Origin: Phaeosaccion multiseriatum
Taxonomy: Eukaryota > Protista > Ochrophyta, other classes
Direction of reading: 5' to 3'
NCBI GenBank assembly: GCA_965112735.1
Contig: OZ218963.1
Location: forward strand, 1 to 64,000
Length of the DNA: 64,000 bases
In this document: positions 48,912-60,448 of the stretch, piece after piece
How the letters are laid out: each line of letters starts with the position of its first letter
Numbering within the stretch: position 1 is the first letter of the stretch
The notes under the pieces: generated by a model
Databases searched by the model: none
Told to the model about the DNA's origin: nothing
Seen by the model: only the letters and a program-made list of their open reading frames with translations
Made by a program: the position numbers and the translations under genes

Positions 48912-50117
48912 TCTGCCTTGCGATGTACTACGAAGTACTTACTAGCTGGCTACTTGTCGAAAAAAAAAGGAAAAAAAAAAATTCTAGTAGAACCGCCAGC
49001 TTTCAGTTGTGTGAGCACCATAGAACACCATAGAGTTTGTGTGGCGACTCCACTTGGAACCGCTCGGAACCACCGACAGGGTAACAGGGAGCCTCAAGGC
49101 CGACAGGGAGCCTCAAGAAGGCCGTGTCGATCGCGCGCCTTCAACACCTCCTGGTCGTAGTACTCGAGCTAGGCAGGTAGCACCTTCGAGGCAATGACTG
49201 ACTGCAGCCTCGTAGACCCTGTCCTCTTTCCTTAGACTATTCCTTTGCTCCCCCGATCGTCTCACCCGACTAGCAAGCTCTTTGCTCGTCGCAGTCCGCC
49301 CAGCCACTGACTAGCTTCGTCCCCCCCTTGACGTGTTCGATCATCCCGCCGACCCCACTTCGCCCATCCAACAAGTTGCCGCCTCCTTCGCATCCACATG
49401 ACTTGATCCATATCTACAGCACAGCAGCGCGCCGAGCGGCATCTTCAACATCATCAGTGGCTGCACACGTCGACACACGAGGCCAGATGGTGTGCAACGG
49501 AATTGACGAAACGATCATAAGCCACCAAAATCCCTGGGGGGAGCCTATTCCGGGGCTGCTCAAAAAAGGTTGGTGAGGAGAAGAGACGTTAAAGCAGGGA
49601 CTTCCAGCAGTCAGCCAGAGCTGTATAGGCCAGGTGAGGAGGGGGTGGAGGTGGTTCACGTGTTGTTTGTGGGGCTGTTGCGGCCTACGACGCGCTCCTG
49701 CACCCTTCAATTCTTTCTTCACACATGAGCTCTTCTCCCTTTCTTTCATATCCTGCTCCCACCATCGCCCCCGATTCCTCCTTGACGCACACTCCGTCTC
49801 AAGAAGATACCCCATCTCGCTGATTTGAAGTACCACAAGCCCCACAAGCCCTCCTCTCTGCACAGACCACGTAGTTTTCCCCCTTCAACCTCCTCATCCA
49901 ACCACCTTTTACCTTTTCGCCGCTCCTTTCTCACCCTCGCCCCCCCATTCTGCTTGCCTACTGCGTGGCCATACTCTCTACCACTGGACCGTGTCATCCA
50001 CACTCACTCTTCCCCTTTCCCCGTCTCCTTCTCCTTCTCTCTCCCTTGCCCGCCCGTTCTGTTTGCCTCGTGCAGCCTCTCGATCAAAGAGAGCGCGCCG
50101 TCCAGCACAGGGTGAGC

Positions 50118-52973
50118 ATGGCGCCCGCCGCGAGCAAAGCGGTTATGGCCTTGGTCCTAGCGAGGGCTGTCTCGGCATTCCTGGCTCCTCCCCCCCCTCT
50201 GTCCTCTCTTTCGGGCGCACCTTCCTCCATCTCCTCCTCCTCTTCGTCCGCCAGGGCGCCGCAAGCACAAGCGCCAACGGCAGCAACGCGAGGCGAAGGG
50301 GGGAGAATGAGGCTGAGGCCGACACTCGCAGCGCGTTCGCCGTCCATGTCTTCCTCTTCCTCCTCTTCCTCCACCATGCCCAAGGGCAGGAGCAAGAACA
50401 ACCGCCGCTACCGCCGCAACTGGCTGAGCATGATGAGCAGCAGGAGCGACACGAGCGAGAGCGGCAGCAGCGGCGGCGAGAGCGCGGTCCTGGAACCACC
50501 CAAGCAGTCGTCCAACCCCTCGCAGGCCGAGCCAACTCAAGGTCGAGGAGGTAAAGGTCAAGGAGGTCAGTGCCCAGAGGCCGACCTGCTCGCGTCCCAG
50601 GCGGCCACCCTGCGGCAGGAGGCGGCGCTGCTCAACAGCCTGGAGCGCTCTTACAAGATTGACGAGGATCAGCACACCTACCACTACCTGCACACCCTCA
50701 GGCACTTTGAGGGCATGGACATGGAGGCCTACAAAGCAGGTGCGAGGGAAGTGACGTTACACGGCCATGTCCCATCTCTCATCCGCTGGGGGAGGTTGGG
50801 TGGTGGCAACCTCGTTCAGGGTAGAGGGATATGGGCAGGGTGGTGTCACTGCACGCCCTTGTGCATTGCTTCTTCCTTACTTCTTCACCCCCTAACTCCG
50901 TGCACGTTTTCTCCCTCCCTCTCTCCTCCCTCAGACATAGAGATGGAGAACCGCATCACATCCCTGCACCTCAGTGACTCTCCCTACGGCCCCGAGGCGC
51001 TCAGCGTGGCCCAAACCAAGCTCGGACAGGCCGAGAAGCTCTACCGCCAGGCTCTAAAGCAGCGATTGGAGCACCTGCCGGCAGAGCACCCACACCAGGC
51101 CACCTCCTGTTGCAGCCTCGCCGCGGTGCTGCAGGACCAGGGGAAGCTCGACGAGGCAGAGGTGCTGTACAGGGAGGCGCTGGGCATGCGGCTGGAGGGG
51201 GTGCAGCGGGCGGAGGGGAAGGAAGGGCTCGAGGCGGGGGCGGAGGGGAGCTTGGTGGGGGTGGGTGTGGTGAAGAACAACTTGGCGACGCTGCTGAAGG
51301 CACAAGTGGTGAGGAGGTCGGAGGAGCGCAGTCTCGCGGCGAGGGCGGCCAAGCTGGCAGTAGAAGCAGCTGGTGCTACGGCAGGAGGGGAGGGGCGAGA
51401 GGGGAGCGGGGCCGAAGGAGAACAGGAGGAGGAGGAGGAGGAGGAGGTGGTGGACATGGAGGTGCAGTACCGCGCTGCAGACTTCCAGGGCGACTTGAGC
51501 TGCATCACGGAGGCGGAAACCCTCCTCAGGGAGGCGCTCCTTGTCTTTGAGGAGGGCCTTCCTCCCCTGCACCCCTTCTCAGCAGGCGTGTGCCACAACC
51601 TTGCGGCGCTCCTGCAGTTCGACCAAAGCAAGCGCGAGGAGAGGGAGGAGCTGTTGAGAAGGGCGCTGACGATTCGAGAGGCCATGTTGCCTGCCAACCA
51701 TCCGGACACCGCCCACACCCTCGGCAGCCTCGCCACCGTCCGCCTCGAGAGGGGCGACGTGAAGGAAGCTCTGGCGCTCTTTCGACGGGCCACGGAGGTG
51801 CGGGAGGCGTCTCTGCCTGCCAACCACCCGCACCTCGCCATGAGTCACCACATGCTAGGCACGGCGCTGCAGGGAGTGGGGGGCGGGGATGAGGAGGCGG
51901 AGGCGGTGATTAGGAAGGCCATCGCCATTCGGGAGGAGGTGCTGCCTGCCGACCATCAGGACACGGCCCAGTCGTACTGCCTTTTGGGGGCCCTGCTGCC
52001 CAAGATCGGCAAGAGGGACGAGGCCGTCAAGCTGTACCAGAAAGGTCAGAGAACGATGAGCCTTGCAAGCGGGGTTGGCTGCTCGGCATGAAATTCTTAC
52101 CCTCTGCCCGAACGAGCACGAAAGTAACCCCCCTCCCCCTGAATAGTATTCACACTCACACTCTCCCCCCCCCCCTCCCGCCCTCCTCTCCCTCTCTCTC
52201 TTCCCTCAGCCATCGCGATCTACGAGTCTACCCTGCCGTCCAACCACCCCACTCTGGCCATGGCATACTCCAACTTGTCCCTGCTGCTCAAGGCCGAGAA
52301 GGAGCTGGAGGCGGCGTGCGAGCTGTCCGGCAAGGCAGTGGACATTTACACAGAGGTGCTTCCCCCCACTGACTTGCACCTCGGTCGGGCAGTACGCAAC
52401 CACGCGGGCCTGTTGCAGGCCACGGGGCAGCTGGCAGAGGCCAAGGACTACTTCCTCAGGGGCCTGAGCATCAGTCAGGAGATGCTGGATAGGAACCACC
52501 CCAGCCTGGCGGCCGACTATTACACCCTCGGTGACATCATGCTGCAGCTGGGAGAGCCCGAGGAGGCCGAGCCCATGCTGAGGCGCTCCATGGAGATCAG
52601 CGAGGCGTGCCTGCCGCCCAACGACCCCGCGCTGGCCCTGTTGTACAACAACGTCGCCAACCTGTTGAAGCAGCAGGGCCGCCTCGAGAGCGCCAGCATG
52701 CTGTACGGCAAGGCGTTGGTGATCTACGAGCAGGCCCTGCCCGCCAACCACCCCGAGCTGGCCTCTGCGCGCTTCAACTACGCCATCCTGCTGGGCAGTC
52801 AAGGCCGCCTGGAGGACGCGGAGGCGCTGGCCAGGGCGGCCTTTGAGAGCTTCAAGGAGAGCTTGCCCCCCACGCACGAGCACCTGAACCGAGTGAGCAA
52901 GCTGCTGAGCAACCTCCTCAAGGCGCAGGGCAAGGTCAAGGAAGCAGAGGTTTTCTTCATGCGCTCGTCGTGA
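50118..52973 (+). CDS. Kinesin-light-chain-like TPR repeat protein with bipartite plastid-targeting leader (3 exons)
   Basis: Exons 50118-50739, 50935-52044, 52210-52973. Leader MAPAASKAVMALVLARAVSA-FLAP followed by a Ser/Arg-rich transit peptide. Repeated ~42-aa TPR units of the form LPxNHPxxAxxxxNLAxLLxxQGxxxEAxxLYxxAL. Confidence 0.88.
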
Positions 52974-53467
52974 GCGGGGTCATGCGGATGGCAACTAATG
53001 GTACTGGGCGGGGGACAGAGGGAGGGAGGACCCTTGGGGTAGTTAACTGCTGTATAGTGTAGCAGTAGGAAACTCACCAACTACTTGGCAGATGGCACTG
53101 GATGGTGTATACGATAAGAGTAAGACATTAGGACAGTGTATACAATAAGAGTAGGACGTTAAAGCAGTCTCGGGCCTTTGCGTTAATTTAAAGAAAAATG
53201 TATGATGGTAGGTAGCAGCAGGTTGGCTGAGCGAGTGACACGTCACGGATGTAAACATAAGACACAATCGTATAGTAATACAGCGATTTGATTCAATGAT
53301 ACAGTACGTACTGGTACGAGGCTTAAAAAAAAGGGTGGAGCATAACAGCCAAGGTCCACGCAAATACCCTCCCTCCCTGCTTGGTGATTTCTATCTACTG
53401 CTGAGGCCGCCATCAACTGCCATCACTCCTGTATTGCCATCGGCTGCCTTCCCTGACTCCAACTCCA

Positions 53468-56400
53468 TCAGTCCTCGTAATTCTCCCTGTTGAGCTTGCC
53501 CAGCACGGGAATCTTGTTGGGCAGCACCCCCAACAGGGAGGACGCCACCGAGTAAAACACACAGGCCATGAGCAGCCCGAACACGATGTCAGACGCGCCG
53601 CCGCCGACAGTGGCCACGAAGTTTGGGTCAAAGGAGGGGGCAACCACTGAGAAGACGGCACCGAAGATGGAGGGCAGGAACAACGCGATGTCCAGGTTGA
53701 TGGCTGGGGAGGAGGAGGGGAGGGGAAGGGAGGGGAGGGGGCAGAAGGGAGGGGTAGAGGTTCAGTGTTGGGCGGCGGGTGAGAGATGAGGCGCAAGCGG
53801 GGTGGTGGGGGGGCAGAGATGCACATGTGGTGGAGAGGAGATGTTGAGAAAGGGAGAGGAGGGGGACGAAGAAAAAGAGAAAGAGAGAAAAGCGAGAGGA
53901 AGAGAGAAAACCTTGATGTGGGTCTCACTCTCCCTTCCTGCATACACGTCTCTCTCTGCCTGCCCATATGCCTCTCTCTCTCTCTGCCTGCATATACGCC
54001 TCTCTCTGTCTGCCCATACGCCTCTCTCTGCCTGCATATACGCCTCTCTCTGCCTGCCCATACGCCTCTCTCTCTGCCTGCCCATACGCCTCTCTCTGCC
54101 TGCCCATACGCCTCTCTCTCTCTGCCTGCCCATACGCCTCTCTCTCTCTGACAGCCCATACGCCTCTCTCTCTGCCTCCCCTAACCTCTCTCTCTGCCTG
54201 CCCATACGCCTCTCTCTCTGCCTGCCCATACGCCTCTCTCTGCCTGCCCATACGCCTCTCTCTCTGCCTGCCCATACGCCTCTCTCTCTGCCTGCCCATA
54301 CGCCTCTCTCTGCCTGCCCATACGCCTCTCTCTCTGCCTGCCCATACGCCTCTCTCTGCCTGCCCATACGCCTCTCTCTGCCTGCCCATACGCCTTTCTC
54401 TCTCTGTCTGCCCATACGCCTCTCTCTCTGCCTGCCCATACGCCTCTCTCTGCCTGCCCATACGCCTCTCTCTCTGCTGGCTATACGCCTCTTCGTACGT
54501 ACATTGGCGGAGGTTGAAGCGCACGAGTTTGTTTACGGTGGGCTGGTTGGCGATCCATTGGAAGCCGATGCTGCGCAGTCACAATTGCCAATCAAGAGAC
54601 CCAATTAGAAGCCCAAGAGGGGAAAGAACAACAAAAGGGGGGGGTGAGGGGGCGTCCCAATCAACCAAGATGTCCTCAGTGCGGCACAGTGTTGTTCAGG
54701 CGAAAGAGAGAGAGACGCCAAGCCTCGATTGTACAGCGTTGCTCAGACGAGAGAGAGAGGGAGAGAGACAGAGAGAGAGGCCAAGCCTTGATTGCGTCTC
54801 CTCAGCAGGCAGTGAAGAGTTGTGAGACTTTCAAGTATGTAAGCACTGGTGCGAGAGTTCGTCTCACCCCAGGCCCAATCAACAAACTCCCTCTCATCCC
54901 TCTCATCCCCCAATGAGGTGACCCAGACCCACTCATGTGACCCAATCACACGTACAAGAGGAGCAGGCCGCCGAAGGGCACGCTGCGGTAGGCCAGGAAA
55001 GCTCCGAAGAGGGGGGCGGCGATGCCGTTGAACTGCGGGTTGTTGGCCACTGAGCAGGGGGGGGGCAGGGACCAGATGGCAGCGGACGGGAGGCGCAACA
55101 AGGGCATAGCGTCAGCATGCTTCCAGAGGGAGGTAGAGAAGGGTAGAGAACCAACGCCTGTGCCTACACATGTAGATACGTACATACAGCACTGCACCAA
55201 GCACTGCACTAGCCAACATGCCCTACACACTCCACTCGCAACACACTGCCCCTCGACTGCCTTGGGGGCCGCAGCGGAGAGCAGAGCAGAGGCATACGGG
55301 CAGAGCGAGCGCCGCGGCGTGGCCAAGAGTGAGGCCCAAGCACACACACAAAACGCCACTGTTCTGTTCTTTTCTTCCCATAAGCCTCCGCTCTGTGCGT
55401 ATGACTCAGCTCTCATCCTCCTCTGCTGTCTCCTTCCCCATCCCTCGTCCACTGCCATCCCCTGCCCCCTCCCCTTCCTCACCGAAGTGTGTGCCGTAGG
55501 TCAGCCCGTCGAGAAACGGCAGGAGGTACGGCAGCACGCTCAGCACCTTGTCCGACGTCTGCGGGGGGCGGTCGTTGAGCATGCCCGGCTCAGGGGGGGC
55601 AGAGGCGGCCTCGGCCTCGCGAGTGGCAGCCGCAGCCTCCTGAGATCACACCACACCACACCAGTTGGTGATACACCACACAAGCCAGGCACGAGCGGCC
55701 ACGGGGAGTTCAGTTGAGGTTCGTTAGTAGTGAAGTGGCATTGCATTGCGTAGTGCCGTACATTGAGAGCCTATCGAGGCGACAGGGACAAGTCGATACA
55801 TCGACAACACACCATCGGCGCCATCGACACATCATCGACTCTATCGACAGATCATCGACTGTATCGACATATCATCGACTCTATCGACATATCATCGACT
55901 GTATCGACATATCATCCACTCTATCGACATATCGACTCTATCGACATATCATCGACTCTATCGACATCTCATCGACTGTATCGACAAATCATCGACTCTA
56001 TCGACATAATCATCGACTCTATCGACATAATCATCGACTCTATCGACTACTGGTGCAGTATGGTACCTGCAGGGCCTTCCACTCCTTCTGGCGCTCCTCC
56101 CTAAGCTCGTCCTTTTGGCGGGAAAGGATGCGGTCCATGTACATGCGCAAGTCCTGACAACTCGCAAAGACGCGCACGCACACGCACACAGGAGAAGTGA
56201 GTAACGACAACGGAGCCCCTGGCGGGCAGTGCGGCATACAGAGTGAGGCGGGGGGGGGGGGGGAGAGAGACGGGTATACACATGCCGGGACACGGACAAA
56301 GGAGAGACAGAGACAGAGACAGGAGCAGAGACAGAGACAGAGACGAACGCAGAAACAGAGACAGAGACAGAGAAAGAGAGAGAGACGAAGCCAGACAGAG

Positions 56401-57627
56401 ACAGAGGGACAGAGACAGAGACGAAGCCAGACAGAGACAGAGACAGAGAGAGAAATCATGCCAGGGACGCAAGGTCGGAGGTGCTGGGAGGTGCTAGGGG
56501 GACGCTGCAGAGGGCCAAAGAGGGCTGATGCTTGTCTAGGCTCTTGCCCTGATGCTTGTCTAGGCTCTTGCCCCGTGAGGTACGTATCGCAAAGAGCAGA
56601 GGAGTGAAGAAACCGACTCACTCGAAGACCGACTGAATTGAGTCGACCCCCCCCCCCCTCCCAGATAGTAGGCAGAGGAGTGAGAAAAAACACACGCACC
56701 CCTCCCCCCTCACCTGCGTCCTCCGGAACTCTTCCATCTTGAGCACCCCGTCCTTGTCGGCGTCGAACTCCCCCATTAACTCCTTGATCACGTCGTCGGC
56801 GATGCTCACCTACGGTTGCGTAGCAAGTCAATCAATGAGGCCGTCAGTTCGAATGCCGGTTTCAAGCATGGGATGTAGTGATGACGATGGTGATGCTTAC
56901 GTACCTCGCTTTCCTTGAGTTTTGCTTGATCGCCGCCGCGCGTCCTATTGATGGCCCGCACCTTCGCGCGCGCGTCCTTCTCCAAGCCTGCGAGTTGGTT
57001 GTGAGGATATACACAAACATATTGTCATCATCGACAAGAGGGACAAACGTGACTAGAGTATCAAGGGTAAGAAGCAAAGGGCGATCCGAATCCTGATCCG
57101 GGCCCTGATATGACGGCCACATTGACTGCTCTCTGTCTACACGACACAACTCACAGAGCACGTGGGCCGGTCCGTATCATACCTGCTTTGAGCTCCGCGA
57201 GATCGACTACCCCGTCGCCGTTCGTATCGAAGGCCAGAAAGTCCCTCTCTGCCTCCTCCACCTTCTGATTCTTGAGACTGGCCTCAATCCCGAGGGCCTC
57301 CTCCCTCATGGCTTCCGCCTGCAAACGGAATTTCTCTGCTTCTTTCTGAGCCAACTCAAGCTTGCTTGGTCCGCTGCTGCTCTCCACCTCAGCCTCACTA
57401 CTGCTGAGGAAAGTGCTGCGCCGACACCGTTTGCTCCCTGTCGTGCTCCTGCCTACCATCCCACTGCTCGTCTGCGCTATAGCAGCTGTCCTCCCCCCCG
57501 AGATGGATCCTCTTCTACTGAGGAGGCTGCTGGTGGTGGTGCTGGTGCGGACAGAGGGCGCCACGAAGCCCGACACCCCATGCACGAGAGCAAGGCATGC
57601 CATCGCTACAAGCTTCCCCCCCATCAT
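53468..57627 (-). CDS. TIC20: Plastid-targeted Tic20-family (Ycf60-like) inner-envelope protein with N-terminal EF-hand pair (8 exons)
   Basis: Exons 57627-57183, 56987-56905, 56809-56714, 56153-56067, 55639-55483, 55049-54956, 54570-54503, 53703-53468, all in phase. Leader ..VHGVSG-FVAP. EF loops DTNGDGVVDLAE and DADKDGVLKMEE. Tic20 motifs VLSVLPYLLPFLDGLTYG, YRSVPFGGLLLF, NKLVRFNLRQSINLDI, FYSVASSLLGVLPNKIP. Confidence 0.88.
53935..54491. repeat. Intronic minisatellite GCCTGCCCATACGC(CT)n, ~22-28 bp units
   Basis: Direct reading; last intron of the Tic20 gene. Confidence 0.95.
55791..56048. repeat. Intronic ~20-bp minisatellite ATCGACTCTATCGACATATC
   Basis: Direct reading; TCGA-dense. Confidence 0.93.
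56303..56452. repeat. (GAGACA)n intronic repeat
   Basis: Direct reading. Confidence 0.9.
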
Positions 57628-57769
57628 AGTCTTTGGATTGTTATCCTCTTTGATTTTTTTCGCCCCGCGATGCCATGCTGACTAGGCAATCAATATGTCA
57701 ATGAATTACGTAAACCCCCTTACGCTTGAAGAGGAAGAATGAAGTGCGATTTCAAAAAAAGAGCAGACC
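57628..57769. promoter_or_regulatory. Putative compact bidirectional promoter
   Basis: Only 142 bp, comparatively AT-rich, between the divergent start codons at 57627 (-) and 57770 (+). Confidence 0.55.
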
Positions 57770-59730
57770 ATGGACGGATGCAACGGTGCTAAGCGGGGGC
57801 GAGACGAGGTGGAGAAGGGGGAGGAATCCCCAGCTGGGACTGAGGGAGAACAAGTAGAGGAGGCCCCATCGTGCAAAAAGACCAAAGGTGAGTTTAAGCT
57901 GAGTTTTTCTTTTCCCTCTTTTCCTCTCTCTCCCCCTCTTCTGATGTCTTTCACCTCTTCTTTCTCTCATCCCATTCCCGTACTCCTGCTCCGTCCTCCC
58001 CCGACCCCCTCCTGTATCCAGCTGAAGGCGAGCGACTGAGGGGGGAGGAGGGCGCGGCGCTGGAGCTTGCTGGCCTGGAGCCCTACGTCGGCCAGCGTGT
58101 CGAGGTGCTGTGGGATGTGGAGAACTGTGGCAAGAAGACCATGGTGCGTGCCGCAATACTGTACTTTGACGCCCACAGAAGAGCAGGAGGGGGGCACGCG
58201 AGTACAGTAGCACTCACAGGGGGGGCTGGGGCGGCGAGCAAACACCTTGCCCTGCTCTCGCGGTTCGGAGAGGGGCCTTGGCTACTTCTAGAACTCATCT
58301 CTCCCCCTCTCTCCACCCTGTATGCCTGTCTGCGTCAGTATCCTCTCCGCTCCAGCGCCAAATCACCCCTCTCTGACCTCTCCTCTGTGTGGCTCTCTCT
58401 CTCAGTGGTGGGGCGCCTCCGTGGGGCTCTTCGCTGGTGACTCTGAGTACCCCGCAGCGCGCACCACGGATGGTAGCGGACAAGTCATCTTCTCTCTGGA
58501 GTACGACGAGAAGGACGGCAACCCCCCAACCTCCACGAGGTGAGTTCCTGTTTCAGTTTCAGTTTCAGTGTAAAGGCCATACTAAGAGGCCACACTCACA
58601 CCTTCCCTCCAAGTCTCAGAGTCTCACCCACCCGTGCGCGTGTGTGTATATGTGTGCGAACTGTTGCCCCCCCCCCTTCCGGCCCCTCAGAGTGGTGTTT
58701 GTGGACGCGCTGCACCTGCTGGACCTGGACTACTCCGCCGAGCTGTCCTGGAAGAAGGAGGGGGCATCAGAGGAGCTGCACAGGGAGGCCATCAAGAGGT
58801 ATATGGGGGATCGCAGGGTTGGCACTGGATGGGGGGTGGCTGGCAGTGGATGGGGGCATCAAGACTTCGCAGGATGGGCATTGTGGGTGTTTTCGTCGCG
58901 GCGTGAAGAAGAGAAGAGAGTTGCCCACCTCCGGTTCCTGGCGGCGACATGCCTCTGACCAGCCTCTACCGTCCCCTCCCTCGTCCACTGCCATTTTCTG
59001 CCTCTATCTGCCATCCCCTCCCCCATCCACTGCCATCCTCAGCTGCCTGGCGGACGAGAGCTCCCTGACCATCGGGGAGGTTCACGAGGCTCTGCAGGAG
59101 GGAGGGGCGGATGAGGAGCTCGAACGGCAGGGAGAGGAGGAGCTGCAAGCCATGCCCTACGCCCAGCAGGTATATGGACATAAGACGTACAGGCATATGG
59201 GCCGTGTATGGGCCATCAGAGGGGGCCGTGTGAATCGCTGCAGGAGCCGTCTGTGTGACGCCTCTCCCACGCGCTCAGTCTTCCTCACACTCCTCTCACT
59301 CGCTCAGTCTGCCTCGCCCCTCTCCCACTCACTCCAGGGCCGGCTCCTGGCAGTCCCGTTTCCTCCTCCTCCTCCGCTCGCTCCAAAGCTGGGTCGCATG
59401 TCTCCTCACGCCCTCCTCCGCTCCTCCCTCCTCCCTCCTTCCTCCTCGGCAGTTGGCCCTCCGGACTGGCTTCCGTCAGTTCGCCAACACAGTCAAATCC
59501 AAACTGATGGAGGTCGCTCGCGGAGGCACAGAGGTGAGCGAGAGAAAAATAGACGGTGGGAAAGGGGGAGAATGGAGCTACTTACAAAAGGGAGATGGCA
59601 GTAGCGCGGGAGGAGAGCAGGACTCACTCTGATTGCAATCCAATCCACGCACGCACGCAAACACACACAGATCACAGAGGGCGATATCAAGTCCATCATG
59701 GAGCACGTAAAACAACAGCGCGCGGTTTGA
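57770..59730 (+). CDS. Hypothetical protein with Tudor/Agenet-like segment (7 exons)
   Basis: Exons 57770-57887, 58022-58143, 58406-58539, 58691-58798, 59043-59169, 59453-59533, 59671-59730, all in phase. VGQRVEVLW..WWGASV..FSLEYDE resembles a Tudor-like beta-barrel. Basic NLS-like AKRGR..KKTK at the N-terminus. Confidence 0.72.
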
Positions 59731-59953
59731 GTATAGATGAGCTCTATACACAGAGTCGACATGCTCGATAGGGAGCTCGATATTGATCATCCCTCCAAAG
59801 CCGACCGACACACACGCAACCACTGGCAGTACCCAGCGCGATGGAGCACGTACGGTGCGGGCATTGGGCATTCGTCTGTCTTCTCTGTGTCTGTGAGTGT
59901 TGCTACCCGCCCTCAGTGTGGGGAAGGAGCGCATTCCTTTATACGGACTGCAT

Positions 59954-59963
59954 GGCAGGCATG

Positions 59964-59995
<32 letters not shown>

Positions 59996-60097
59996 TAGGC
60001 AAGCAGGTTGGCAGGCAGGCAGGCAAGCAGGCAGGCAGGCAGGCAAGCAGGCAGGCAGGCAAGCAGGCAAACAGGTATACAGGCAGGCAGGCAGGCG
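59954..60097. repeat. (GGCA)n microsatellite between convergent genes
   Basis: Direct reading. Confidence 0.93.
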
Positions 60098-60448
60098 GTT
60101 GAGCTGCTGTCTGTGGCAGTCTGCTGCCACCTGGTGCCATCTGCTGCCATCTGGGGTGCCCTCTGCTCTGTTCTTGGGCGCTTCTCACGTCCCGTCTGTC
60201 GGTTATCAATGGCTGCCATGGCTGCCATTGGCTGGGCCCTCCGCGGGGTGTAGTCTTTCTGTACAAAAAACTCCCCCCGACACACCTACGAAATGTACAT
60301 TCACTCATTTAAAAATTAACAAACGGATGGCTTAGAGCTCTGCACTTTCTTTTGGTGCGTGTGGTATGTACAAAGAGCACATTATCGGTAAGTGCATGCA
60401 GGTAACGTGCGCTCTGTAACAGCAGAGCCAAATACACCTACCCACCCA

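Noticed and set aside
48912-50117. Small ORFs in the intergenic region
   Set aside because: No recognisable domain, convincing splice chain or RNA-gene structure.
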